Shown: positions 36,059-44,626 of the stretch, one piece after another
How the letters are laid out: each line of letters opens with the position of its first letter
Numbering within the stretch: position 1 is the first letter of the stretch
Virus record (IMG/VR): IMGVR_UViG_3300036767_000362
Direction: 5' to 3' (one strand)
DNA from: a virus
Length of the DNA: 64,000 nt
Notes under the pieces: model-generated
The model's input: the letters and a program-made list of their open reading frames with translations, nothing else
What the model was told of the DNA's origin: nothing
Database searches by the model: none
Program-made: the position numbers and the translations under genes

Positions 36059-36409
36059 TTATTTTTTGTTTTTAGGAAGAGAAGCGCCGGGTTTTCCAAC
36101 GTATAAACCAAAGAATGCCGCGCCGGCACCAACAATAGTTGATATAAACATTGCCTGAGCATTTGTTGGATCTACTAAACCCATAAACCAGGTTACTGAT
36201 TTATAAAAAGCATAGATGTATGCCAACATTACTAATCGAGGTATAAATCTAAACTTGTCAATAAGACCTGCTGTTTTGTTGTACCAAGTAGGTGCTTCGT
36301 CGCCTTGGTCGGGTACAAGATCAGTTTTAGCAAGTTCATATTCTTCTGTGGTTCTTTTAACTTTAACTTTATCTTTAGAAACTAACATATCTTCTTTTAA
36401 TTCAGCCAT
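36059..36409 (-). CDS. Holin-like two-TM membrane protein
   Basis: Two TM segments (RFIPRLVML...; AMFISTIVGAGAAFFGLY), basic C-tail, last gene of the lysis cassette. Confidence 0.5.
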   Translation of the reverse strand: MAELKEDMLVSKDKVKVKRTTEEYELAKTDLVPDQGDEAPTWYNKTAGLIDKFRFIPRLVMLAYIYAFYKSVTWFMGLVDPTNAQAMFISTIVGAGAAFFGLYVGKPGASLPKNKK

Positions 36410-36411
36410 AA

Positions 36412-37002
36412 TTATTTTATACCCTCAATCTTAGAATCTCTTTTTCTATGTCCGTTCCATGCAAACCAACCGCCTAGTCTTAATGACCAGTATGCTAGGT
36501 AGTTCATAGTATAGAAGCCATTGACTTCAATGTTAATGTTTCTGAATAATTCATCCATCCATTTTTGGTCTTTAATACCAATAGTTTCTTTTTTATTTTT
36601 CTTTAATAGTGTTGCGTACTTGTAACCGTAGTCGTGTACAAGTCCACCAACTAATAATACCCCAACTGGAGAGAAAAAAGTTCTTAAGAACTTTGGAATA
36701 CTTGCACCATCAAATTGGAAACCTTTAGGGATCACATAATCTTCACCATTTATGTTGTAGTGCCAGTCTTTTGTAGTAACCCAGTTTCTTGTTGATAGTA
36801 TCCACATTAATATACCTTTAAAAAAGCCTATTCCTTTTGTAGATATTTTAAGTGCTTGTAAGTGAGGTAGTTCAGTGTATGTAAATTTAAGTTTATTAGG
36901 TTTTCTTTTGTCTAATACGTTTATAAGAAAGCCGATAATGATGAAAGCAATAACTAAAGTCCATTGCCAAAATTTCATTGCAAGTGCTATTATAAATTCC
37001 AT
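36412..37002 (-). CDS. DUF1353 family protein with N-terminal TM
   Basis: IPKGFQFDGASIP, GLVHDYGY, AYWSLRLGGW. Confidence 0.8.
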   Translation of the reverse strand: MEFIIALAMKFWQWTLVIAFIIIGFLINVLDKRKPNKLKFTYTELPHLQALKISTKGIGFFKGILMWILSTRNWVTTKDWHYNINGEDYVIPKGFQFDGASIPKFLRTFFSPVGVLLVGGLVHDYGYKYATLLKKNKKETIGIKDQKWMDELFRNINIEVNGFYTMNYLAYWSLRLGGWFAWNGHRKRDSKIEGIK

Positions 37003-37030
37003 GTTTTTCCTTTGTTAATTAACTATGTAG

Positions 37031-37396
37031 TTATTTATCTGACTTCTTCTTGTCTTCAGGCTCGTAATATTTCTTATATTCTTTTAGTAAGTTATTTGTT
37101 TCTTGTAATTTTTGTCTTATTTGTGCAAAGTTTTTCGCTAATAATTCAAAGTCTTTGTCTGTTAAACCAAACAGTACAGGATCTATTCCTGCCGCTTCTA
37201 GTTTAGCAAATACTTCTTCTGCGTTTGCACTTGTAATGACTATCCATTTAAGTTGTTCTAACTCTAATGCTGTTGGCATTGGATAATCAAGTTTTTCTCT
37301 TGGTTTTTCAATTGAGAATATTTTTATTTTTTTCTCACCACCTATTGAACAACCGGTTAAAAACACTATTAATACTAATGCAATAATTTTACTCAT
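37031..37396 (-). CDS. Outer-membrane lipoprotein spanin (o-spanin/Rz1-like)
   Basis: Lipobox FLTG-C, Pro-containing segment, overlaps the i-spanin end. Confidence 0.7.
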   Translation of the reverse strand: MSKIIALVLIVFLTGCSIGGEKKIKIFSIEKPREKLDYPMPTALELEQLKWIVITSANAEEVFAKLEAAGIDPVLFGLTDKDFELLAKNFAQIRQKLQETNNLLKEYKKYYEPEDKKKSDK

Positions 37397-37862
37397 AATG
37401 TACGTAACTCGGGTTTGCTAAACTTGGGCATTCCGGATTAATCTCCGATCTTTTTGTTGCTTTTAATTCTTCTTCTGTGTGTTCGGCACCTGATGCCAAC
37501 TCAACACATCTTTGGGCATTCTCGGCACCTTTGTTTATAATTCTTTCAATTGCTTTTGTTCTTGCTATTGCTAGTTTGCCAACATCTCTTTTTTTCTTAT
37601 TAAATCTTTTATCTAATTCATTTAAATCTTTTTTGAAAGTTTGTATTAGTACGTTTAATTTTTTATTACTTTCCATTATTGCTTCAAAGTCTTCTTTTTG
37701 TTGTACTAAAACTTTGTTTTGTTCTGTAATAGCAGTTTCTAATTGTATTTGATTTGCCTTAAGGATAGCGTTATCTGATCGTAGTTTCATTACGTACATT
37801 CCTGCACCCGCAATACCACTGATTATTAGAACTGTAAAAATTAATCTTATACTTCCAAACAT
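37389..37862 (-). CDS. Inner-membrane spanin (i-spanin/Rz-like)
   Basis: N-terminal TM then long coiled coil, C-terminal Cys; start MFGSIR at 37862. Confidence 0.7.
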   Translation of the reverse strand: MFGSIRLIFTVLIISGIAGAGMYVMKLRSDNAILKANQIQLETAITEQNKVLVQQKEDFEAIMESNKKLNVLIQTFKKDLNELDKRFNKKKRDVGKLAIARTKAIERIINKGAENAQRCVELASGAEHTEEELKATKRSEINPECPSLANPSYVHYE

Positions 37863-37863
37863 T

Positions 37864-37995
37864 TTATTCGCACCTACAATGAACACATACTATAATTTCA
37901 TATGTTCTGCCATCATAGTCGGTCTGAGTTTCTTTTAAGACCTCACCACAATGTGCTTTTCGACCACAATTATTACAATATTGCTCTTCCTTCAT
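37864..37995 (-). CDS. 43-aa Cys/His-rich microprotein
   Basis: Not in track; MKEEQYCNNCGRKAHCGEVLKETQTDYDGRTYEIIVCVHCRCE; AATAAATA 8 nt upstream; fills the gap exactly. Confidence 0.65.
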   Translation of the reverse strand: MKEEQYCNNCGRKAHCGEVLKETQTDYDGRTYEIIVCVHCRCE

Positions 37996-38013
37996 TATGT
38001 ATGTATTTATTGA

Positions 38014-38475
38014 TTATTCTGTGAGCCCGTTTTTATAAACAGTTTTGCCGTCTTCTTTTAAAGCTCGTAGACGTTGCATTCGATTAGATCCACGATTATA
38101 ACTAACATGAACCCATCCTGAATCGGGTATTTCGGGGTTATTATATTCTAAAATTACTTGGTCGAAAGTACAATTATCTGAAATCCATTGAGCTACATAA
38201 CGATTAGATGTACCAGGGCATTCAATATCAGCCGCTTGGCCTAGACAATGTTGTGATTTCCATGATCCACCAATGGCTTTGTTTAATACAGTTCCTCTAT
38301 ATCCTGAATTAATTGCTATTGGACCAAAATGTTCTCTAACTGGTTGAAGAACCATTTCACATAGAAGTTGCATATTTTCAATATGTTCTTCCGTAGGGGT
38401 ATTATCAATATTTTGACGTATTGCTGTTTGACTTCTTGTAAATTCTTCTGTTGTAAAATTAGTTGATAGTTTCAT
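38014..38475 (-). CDS. Peptidase M15 endolysin
   Basis: LSTNFTTEEF, NSGYR, SQHCLGQAAD, WVHVSY. Confidence 0.9.
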   Translation of the reverse strand: MKLSTNFTTEEFTRSQTAIRQNIDNTPTEEHIENMQLLCEMVLQPVREHFGPIAINSGYRGTVLNKAIGGSWKSQHCLGQAADIECPGTSNRYVAQWISDNCTFDQVILEYNNPEIPDSGWVHVSYNRGSNRMQRLRALKEDGKTVYKNGLTE

Positions 38476-39187
38476 ATTTTTTCTTAAGCACTATACAGAA
38501 GTTCTTGTTTTCAAGAACATACTTGTTTCCATATATAGATATATTATAGTCCCCTATATACTTACTTAAGAAAATTATTTCAGGAAATTTATTGAATTCA
38601 TAGGATTCTTTAATTGATTTTAGTACTTCTTTGGTCTTACCATAATCCAAAAATTCAAAAAATAATGGATCATGTCGTCTTTTTTTAAGGATTAATGTTG
38701 TATCTTCTAAAATTATATCATCAACATAACTATCTTTAAAGAAATTTTTATAATTTTCCATAGGTGCTTCACCTATTGATGTTTCATATGCAGTAGGATC
38801 AAAAGGAATAACTTCATCTAATGTTTTTGCGTCTGCAGAAAGACTTTTGAAGTTTTTATAGTATCTAAATTTAAATTCGTTTAAGTTTGTTAATTTTCCT
38901 ATACCGTCTAATAGTTCTGACACTTGTTTTGCAACTTTATTGTTTCTTTCTAGCTCTACAAATACTCTATATTTGCCATCAGCTTGTTCTCCACTGCTTT
39001 TGTCAGCATCTAATACAAAAGGATATCCTTTTTCTATAAAATTTACTAAATCTAATGCTGGTTGTTCTCCAAGAACAGAGAAACTAAGAACTACTATATC
39101 TTTATCGTCTCCCATTTTTGATTTAAAAGAGTCAATTTCAAATATACTATCAGTAGTAAATTCTAAATCGTTTTTTTGAAGTCCCAT
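38459..39187 (-). CDS. Hypothetical phage protein
   Basis: 242-aa ORF, TAATG-coupled. Confidence 0.75.
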   Translation of the reverse strand: MGLQKNDLEFTTDSIFEIDSFKSKMGDDKDIVVLSFSVLGEQPALDLVNFIEKGYPFVLDADKSSGEQADGKYRVFVELERNNKVAKQVSELLDGIGKLTNLNEFKFRYYKNFKSLSADAKTLDEVIPFDPTAYETSIGEAPMENYKNFFKDSYVDDIILEDTTLILKKRRHDPLFFEFLDYGKTKEVLKSIKESYEFNKFPEIIFLSKYIGDYNISIYGNKYVLENKNFCIVLKKKYETIN

Positions 39188-39732
39188 TAAAACTCTCCAC
39201 CAGGTTCTGCAGTAGGTTCTGGTGCTGGTACTGGGTCTGTTGCATCAGCAGGTTCTACTTGTTGTTCTGCAGGTATTTCTTCTGAAGTTGCAGGTTCTTT
39301 TGCATATATTTCTTCTTGTTCGTAACCACTATGTATGCTTCGAATTAATTCTTTCGGCATTAAAATTTCTACTAACCAAATAGGTGCTTTGTCTAGCTTA
39401 CCTTTTTTAGTTCCTGCTCTCATATCCCCTGGTTCTAAAATTTGTCTTGGAACCATAAGTTCATCTTTTTTGAAATATACTTTGCACTCGTAGTCTGTAA
39501 GTCTTTTACCACCCATTGGATCGGGCATTTGTTTTCTAGGCCACATAAAAGTACATGATACAAAGTGTCTTTTAATTATTGGACCCGCGGCTAACTCGCC
39601 ATCCTGCCAATTATCATAAACATATAAGTCTAATTCATCAAGTACTCGTTCAAAGTCCTTGAGCACCGTGAAAGCGGTGTCACTATCAAATACGTTTTGT
39701 ACTGCTTTAACTACATCTATTGTATCGTGCAT
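39187..39732 (-). CDS. Hypothetical phage protein
   Basis: 181-aa ORF, late motif GATAAATA at 39750-39757, P/E/A-rich tail. Confidence 0.75.
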   Translation of the reverse strand: MHDTIDVVKAVQNVFDSDTAFTVLKDFERVLDELDLYVYDNWQDGELAAGPIIKRHFVSCTFMWPRKQMPDPMGGKRLTDYECKVYFKKDELMVPRQILEPGDMRAGTKKGKLDKAPIWLVEILMPKELIRSIHSGYEQEEIYAKEPATSEEIPAEQQVEPADATDPVPAPEPTAEPGGEF

Positions 39733-39763
39733 ATTAGGTCCCTTTTTTATATTTATCTAATGA

Positions 39764-40096
39764 CTAGTTTCTCCTAATAAGGTGAAAACCGTAAACAGTG
39801 GGGCAAGGACCACTGATTTCGCCTGGTTTTAAGTTGTCTACATATGTAATAAAATCAGGATCCATTTTATTTGCTGGAAATGTTCCTAAATTTCCGCTAT
39901 TTGCTTTGCCACTAGGACAATCACTATAGATTTTTGCGGCTTGATCAAAGGTATACTTGCCTGTTCTTATTTCTTCACTAATTGCTCCAGCTAAAAATAG
40001 TGCTTCTTCTCTACACATTGTTCTAGTAGAACGTTCTGCTTCTATATGGCTTACTAATATATGACTTGCTCTATATACTCGACCTGGAACTTCCAT
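39764..40096 (-). CDS. ppiC: Parvulin-type peptidyl-prolyl isomerase
   Basis: RASHILV, YSDCPS...GNLG.F, GEISGP..T.YGFHLI. Confidence 0.9.
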   Translation of the reverse strand: MEVPGRVYRASHILVSHIEAERSTRTMCREEALFLAGAISEEIRTGKYTFDQAAKIYSDCPSGKANSGNLGTFPANKMDPDFITYVDNLKPGEISGPCPTVYGFHLIRRN

Positions 40097-40416
40097 TAGT
40101 CTCCTTTTTCATCAAAATTATTGTATAATGTATATTTTGCTGTTAATTCTTCACCAGCTTTAATGTCTTTAATTGTTATAAGGTATTTTACAGGTAATTG
40201 ATGCCAATAACCTTTAGTATTTTTACAGTTAGGGTCATCTGAATGATTATAAAAGGCACCTAAGGCTGTTCTAATGTAACCATGAGGAAAATTTTTATTT
40301 TCTATATGAACTATTCCTAAGACTGTGTCTGCTTCAAAGTCTTTTGTAGCATATAGTCCTAGTCCTTGAACATTAGATGGTTTAATAGTAAGCCCATCTG
40401 GCAATGGCTTGTACAT
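40096..40416 (-). CDS. SET-domain protein (lysine methyltransferase fold)
   Basis: GLGLYATKD, NHSDDPNC, KDIKAGEELTAKY. Confidence 0.88.
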   Translation of the reverse strand: MYKPLPDGLTIKPSNVQGLGLYATKDFEADTVLGIVHIENKNFPHGYIRTALGAFYNHSDDPNCKNTKGYWHQLPVKYLITIKDIKAGEELTAKYTLYNNFDEKGD

Positions 40417-40432
40417 TTATATTAATCCTTAA

Positions 40433-40519
40433 TTAAAATATTATCAGTATACCGTATACCACAATTCCAAGTACTACTGCAATCGCGATCCATCCGGCAA
40501 CCGTATAAATTCTATTCAT
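40433..40519 (-). CDS. 28-aa single-TM microprotein
   Basis: Not in track; MNRIYTVAGWIAIAVVLGIVVYGILIIF, overlaps the thyX stop. Confidence 0.5.
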   Translation of the reverse strand: MNRIYTVAGWIAIAVVLGIVVYGILIIF

Positions 40520-41147
40520 CATTTTCTTTTAAGTATTTCCAACTTATAGGAAAGTATTTACTACACTCGTTAGAGATTTGATTGCAAATGTCTCTTGTTT
40601 CTTTTTGCACATCGGGTTTACACCTAAGGTTGCATACTCTAGCAAACGCATACAAGCTACCAGACCAAAACCATTCAGTCATCATACTTTGAGGTAAAAC
40701 CATTCGTGCTTGTTCGGGTGCAACACCCTTATCAATTAATGTATTGTAAAGTATTAAACAACTTTGCATTGTTGTTTCTAAGTTATGGTCAACAGTTGCT
40801 CCTAAATCAACTGTACCATCAGAACCTTGTTTAGAATTTATAGGTCGTCCTCTCCAAGTGTCCGGTTTGAATAATTCGGGTGGATAATCTACATAACGTC
40901 TACTAACTTCATTCCATATTAATCCAACTTGATGTTTTACAAGTTGTCTTGCAACAAATATAGGTGCTTTAATTCTAAATTGTAATGATGCGTGTCCGAA
41001 AGGTGACCAATGATTATGTTTAGCCAAGAATGCAATTAGTTTTTCGTCTTTATCTTCAAATTGTTCTTTTGTTTTTGCGTAAGATACTCTAGCGGCATTT
41101 ACGACCGACAAATCAGTACCCATTTTATCTATTAATTCTACGTTCAT
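40512..41147 (-). CDS. thyX: Flavin-dependent thymidylate synthase
   Basis: VVNAARVSY, HWSPF, APIFVARQLVKH...NEVSRRY, EQARMVLPQ. Confidence 0.95.
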   Translation of the reverse strand: MNVELIDKMGTDLSVVNAARVSYAKTKEQFEDKDEKLIAFLAKHNHWSPFGHASLQFRIKAPIFVARQLVKHQVGLIWNEVSRRYVDYPPELFKPDTWRGRPINSKQGSDGTVDLGATVDHNLETTMQSCLILYNTLIDKGVAPEQARMVLPQSMMTEWFWSGSLYAFARVCNLRCKPDVQKETRDICNQISNECSKYFPISWKYLKENDE

Positions 41148-41344
41148 TCTACTTTCCTTAATTCTTCATATCTTTCTTGAGCTTCTTTAGGTCCTGCATA
41201 AGCTTCTTGCTTATCAACATTCCAATATAAAAGTTCATCTAAAGGAATATGTTTACCCGAAACAGCACAAACGACATAGTTGCCATCTTTTACTACTTCA
41301 AACATCATAGGTTTATATTTTAATTCAGCTAAAACCCATTTCAT
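41144..41344 (-). CDS. DUF2093 family protein
   Basis: G.YVVCAVSGK.IPLDEL.YWNV.KQEAY. Confidence 0.8.
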   Translation of the reverse strand: MKWVLAELKYKPMMFEVVKDGNYVVCAVSGKHIPLDELLYWNVDKQEAYAGPKEAQERYEELRKVE

Positions 41345-41351
41345 AAGAATA

Positions 41352-42266
41352 TTATAGATTTTGTAATTTAATCATTGTTGCAGATAAGTTAATTTCGGGA
41401 TCTGCAACAAATGAATGATCCACTAATCCTTGTTTAATAATTAATATTGCTTTCTCTTGTTTTTGTTCGTCACCAAATAAACTAATATTGTCATATAACC
41501 ACTTATAAATGTCTTCTATTTCGTCTGGCCTTGCTTGACTACATACTAATTTTCTTGCTTCGCTTATTTTTCCTGCTTTAAACAGTTCAACCATTTGTAA
41601 TTTGTAATCTAAATCACCTGTATCTGCTTTTTGTGGCTCAATTAACTTTCCTTCTTGTGTATTCATTTGTACAGTATTAATACATTTTCTTAAATCAGGA
41701 TAAGTTGCTTTTACATAAGTGTCTAATGTGTTAAGATCGGGTGTAACACCTTCTTGCATTAATATTTCTGCCACTCTTGCTGTGAATTCTGTTTGATCAA
41801 TTCTTTCTATATGAAAACCTTGACATCTTGAATGAAGTGCTGGTATAACTCTATTAGGATAGTTACAAGTTAATATAAATCTTGATGTTGTATGGTATTC
41901 TTCCATTACACCACGTAACGCCGCCTGTGCATTTGGACTTAAATAGTCTGCTTCGTCTAGTAATACTACTTTAAACTCACCAAACGGAATCATTTGTACA
42001 AAATTAATGATGTTTGTTCTTACTTCGTCTACGGAATTTGTTCTACTTGCATTTATTTCTAATACGTCAAGGTCATTAACTTGTAATTCGTTTAAAAGAA
42101 TTTTTGCAAGTGTTGTTTTACCGATACCAGCAGTACCTGAAAACAAAAGATGTGGAATAGTCTTTTCTTTTAACCATTGTTGGACCTGTTTTCTTTGATG
42201 ATCATCTCTAAATACATATTCATCAATTTTTTTAGGTCTATATTTTTCTACCCATAGTTCTTGCAT
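41352..42266 (-). CDS. Clamp loader ATPase subunit (gp44/RFC small subunit-like)
   Basis: LWVEKYRP, GTAGIGKTT, EINAS, LDEADYL, SRC motif. Confidence 0.93.
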   Translation of the reverse strand: MQELWVEKYRPKKIDEYVFRDDHQRKQVQQWLKEKTIPHLLFSGTAGIGKTTLAKILLNELQVNDLDVLEINASRTNSVDEVRTNIINFVQMIPFGEFKVVLLDEADYLSPNAQAALRGVMEEYHTTSRFILTCNYPNRVIPALHSRCQGFHIERIDQTEFTARVAEILMQEGVTPDLNTLDTYVKATYPDLRKCINTVQMNTQEGKLIEPQKADTGDLDYKLQMVELFKAGKISEARKLVCSQARPDEIEDIYKWLYDNISLFGDEQKQEKAILIIKQGLVDHSFVADPEINLSATMIKLQNL

Positions 42267-42440
42267 TTAATCAATATTTAAATTTCTATATTCTTGGCCT
42301 ATACCTGATAAAATTAGTATAACATATAACACCACCCAATACCAACCAGTAATTATACCAGTTAAATGGAGTACCATTAATGTTATTCCTGTTAGACCTG
42401 TTGTGTTAATTCCGGATTTTTTGGCTTCTGGTAATCTCAT
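42267..42440 (-). CDS. 57-aa two-TM membrane microprotein
   Basis: Not in track; MRLPEAKKSGINTTGLTGITLMVLHLTGIITGWYWVVLYVILILSGIGQEYRNLNID; stop abuts the clamp-loader ATG. Confidence 0.65.
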   Translation of the reverse strand: MRLPEAKKSGINTTGLTGITLMVLHLTGIITGWYWVVLYVILILSGIGQEYRNLNID

Positions 42441-42446
42441 ATACGT

Positions 42447-42475
42447 AGTATATGATAAAGAACGATTTTAGTCAA
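42447..42475 (-). promoter_or_regulatory. Sigma70-type promoter, leaderless
   Basis: TTGACT-N17-TATACT-N6-ATG(42440). Confidence 0.7.
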
Positions 42476-42483
42476 GTGATTTG

Positions 42484-42879
42484 TTATTCTAATAGGTCGC
42501 CGCCGGGGCTATATTTTAATCTGGCTTGATACCAATCTTTTGGTTTGTAATTTCCAGTCATCATTACTGCTTTGGCTTCTACAATTCGGAGTACCGTTTC
42601 TTTTTCGTTTTCATCTGCAAAACTGAAACCTCTTGACCATCGTCCGTGTTCGACTAAGATCCAGTCTCCTTTTTTGTATGTGTCTTTATTTTTGTGACCT
42701 TTAGAAACTACTTTACACCATCTAGGTTTAATACCTCTAGTGTGTCCATCGTCACTTCCGATAATAAGTCCACCTTTGGTTTTTGATTCGCCAAATTCCA
42801 TGTCAGAGACTAAAACTCTGTCATGGATAGGTGTTATATTGCCTTTAATGAAATATTTTAATTTTGGAGGGTCGAACAT
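42484..42879 (-). CDS. groES: GroES-like co-chaperonin
   Basis: PIHDRVLV, KTKGGLII mobile loop, KGDWILV; no GroEL in window. Confidence 0.8.
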   Translation of the reverse strand: MFDPPKLKYFIKGNITPIHDRVLVSDMEFGESKTKGGLIIGSDDGHTRGIKPRWCKVVSKGHKNKDTYKKGDWILVEHGRWSRGFSFADENEKETVLRIVEAKAVMMTGNYKPKDWYQARLKYSPGGDLLE

Positions 42880-42894
42880 TAGTATTAGTTAATG

Positions 42895-43233
42895 TTATTT
42901 TTTTACAAAATTGCCGTCTGCGTCTTCTACCCACTCGTCTTCTTTTTGTGCGACTGGTTCTTCTGCTTTTTTAACTTCTTTTTTTGGCTCTTCTGCAGGT
43001 GGTTTTACTTTAATATCAGCAACCTTTTGAGGATGATCTCTGTAGTAATCTTCTAATACTTCTTCTCTTTTTTTAGCAATCTTTCCACCTGGGCCTAATT
43101 CATCACCACGTGCATTTACACGAGCATTGCCTACCGCAGGAGTAAGTTCGTTTCTTTTTCTCAAAAGATCCATATCAACCTGTTTACCTTGCATTGTTTT
43201 GTAAACTTTTTGTCCTGTTTGTCTTACTGCCAT
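42895..43233 (-). CDS. Hypothetical phage protein
   Basis: TMQGKQVDM...AVGNARVNARGDELGPGG; SD AGGAG. Confidence 0.75.
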   Translation of the reverse strand: MAVRQTGQKVYKTMQGKQVDMDLLRKRNELTPAVGNARVNARGDELGPGGKIAKKREEVLEDYYRDHPQKVADIKVKPPAEEPKKEVKKAEEPVAQKEDEWVEDADGNFVKK

Positions 43234-43262
43234 TTTATTCTCCTAGTATATTATATATGTAT

Positions 43263-43784
43263 TTAGCGAAGGAACTCTCGCCAGTTTAGATTATATTGTA
43301 ATGAGTCTATTTTATGGACACCTAATAAGAACAATACGTAACTAGCAACCGAACTTCCACGTCCTACACCCCATATAATATTGTTTTCCTTCATAAAATT
43401 GACAAGATAATGTAAAAATCTTAATAGGTTTGTAAAACCCATTTCTTTAAATGCTTCTAATTCTTCATTTACTCTATTAATGCTATTTTGGTCACCTGGA
43501 CATATGCTACGAACATATGTTTCTATATCGAAACTCTTGTAACTGTTTGGCATAAACCATTCATTTTGTAAAAGTTTATCAAAAGATTTTAAATCAATGT
43601 CTAATGATTTATAAAATTTAAGTTGTTGACCTGTACCAGTTAATTCAACGGATTTATTAAATTTTTTTGTTTCTTCGTTGTCATCTGCTAATACATTAAA
43701 CAACAAATCTTCCTTACCTTTATAGATAAGGTCCATTAAGTCATCGGTACCATATTTTGGTAACCCTAATTTATCAATTTGCAT
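43263..43784 (-). CDS. DNA polymerase III alpha (DnaE) N-proximal fragment
   Basis: RVNEEL...GVGRGSSVASYVLFLLGVHKID...L...FLR, stopping just before the PDIDxD catalytic motif. Confidence 0.8.
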   Translation of the reverse strand: MQIDKLGLPKYGTDDLMDLIYKGKEDLLFNVLADDNEETKKFNKSVELTGTGQQLKFYKSLDIDLKSFDKLLQNEWFMPNSYKSFDIETYVRSICPGDQNSINRVNEELEAFKEMGFTNLLRFLHYLVNFMKENNIIWGVGRGSSVASYVLFLLGVHKIDSLQYNLNWREFLR

Positions 43785-43792
43785 TTATTACT

Positions 43793-43821
43793 ATTTTAAT
43801 CTATATTGATAAGATTGTCAA
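43793..43821 (-). promoter_or_regulatory. Sigma70-type promoter of the DnaE fragment
   Basis: TTGACA-N17-TAAAAT-N8-ATG. Confidence 0.65.
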
Positions 43822-44044
43822 GATCTTTTCCTTGGTCTTTAGCCAATTTATTAGCTTCTTTGGCTAATCTTGCTCTCAATTCTTCTTGATAATCTGTTAT
43901 AAAGAAATTAAGTTGATTTCTTAGGTGAGGATTTCTTGCTTTGAAAAATTTACTTCTAAGTTCGTTTAATTTTTGTTCTAATTGTGCTGTAGAAAATTGT
44001 GAAAGGTCGTCATTCAACGGATGTAAATTGTTTATTTGTGTCAT
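43796..44044 (-). CDS. Hypothetical helical protein
   Basis: 82-aa ORF, TAATG-coupled. Confidence 0.65.
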   Translation of the reverse strand: MTQINNLHPLNDDLSQFSTAQLEQKLNELRSKFFKARNPHLRNQLNFFITDYQEELRARLAKEANKLAKDQGKDLDNLINID

Positions 44045-44601
44045 TACGTAAATGTTCCAAGATATCTAGCAAATACTGTGACACCTTGGTCATACGTCCA
44101 AAATTCAACAACCATCATATTAGAATTACTTGTAACATTAAAAGGTGAAGGCATATTACCATCCGCTTTTATAGATCCACCACTTGCCGCCCAAGTTAAC
44201 GCACGAGTTGAACCATCACTTACTACTGATACTACAAGGCTTTGTAATACATTTGCTTGAGTGGCCCAATCTGCTAAAGTTAATGTAAGATCAGCTCCTA
44301 TATTAAATGTTTGAAAATTACCGTTAGTTAAGCTAACATTTTGTCCGCTTGTTATAGCACCACCGTCAAAATGCTTTATGTAATTACCTTTAAATGTTGC
44401 ACCAGTAACTACATTACCTGAAAAGTTATTTTCTGCATTTAATTTTGCAGTATTAGTTTGCAAAGTTTCAATTTCTGATTTAGCCGCAGTAAAATTATTC
44501 TTACTTACATTGAAATTGTCTCTAAATCCTTGGCTGTTATTGTCTTGTCCAGCTACTGGAAACGTTGCATCTATGCTAGTTGTGTCTATATTACTTGCCA
44601 T
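44044..44601 (-). CDS. Virion/baseplate-associated protein
   Basis: FPVAGQDNNSQGFRDNF...NF N-terminus related to the neighbouring baseplate-type N-termini; late motif 44619-44626. Confidence 0.6.
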   Translation of the reverse strand: MASNIDTTSIDATFPVAGQDNNSQGFRDNFNVSKNNFTAAKSEIETLQTNTAKLNAENNFSGNVVTGATFKGNYIKHFDGGAITSGQNVSLTNGNFQTFNIGADLTLTLADWATQANVLQSLVVSVVSDGSTRALTWAASGGSIKADGNMPSPFNVTSNSNMMVVEFWTYDQGVTVFARYLGTFT

Positions 44602-44626
44602 ATCTTATATCCTACAATTATTTATC

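Noticed and set aside
43263-43784. DnaE pseudogene or split-intein N-extein
   Set aside because: Has its own promoter and a clean ORF; no intein-like sequence follows the DnaE part, so it is retained as a probable functional fragment.
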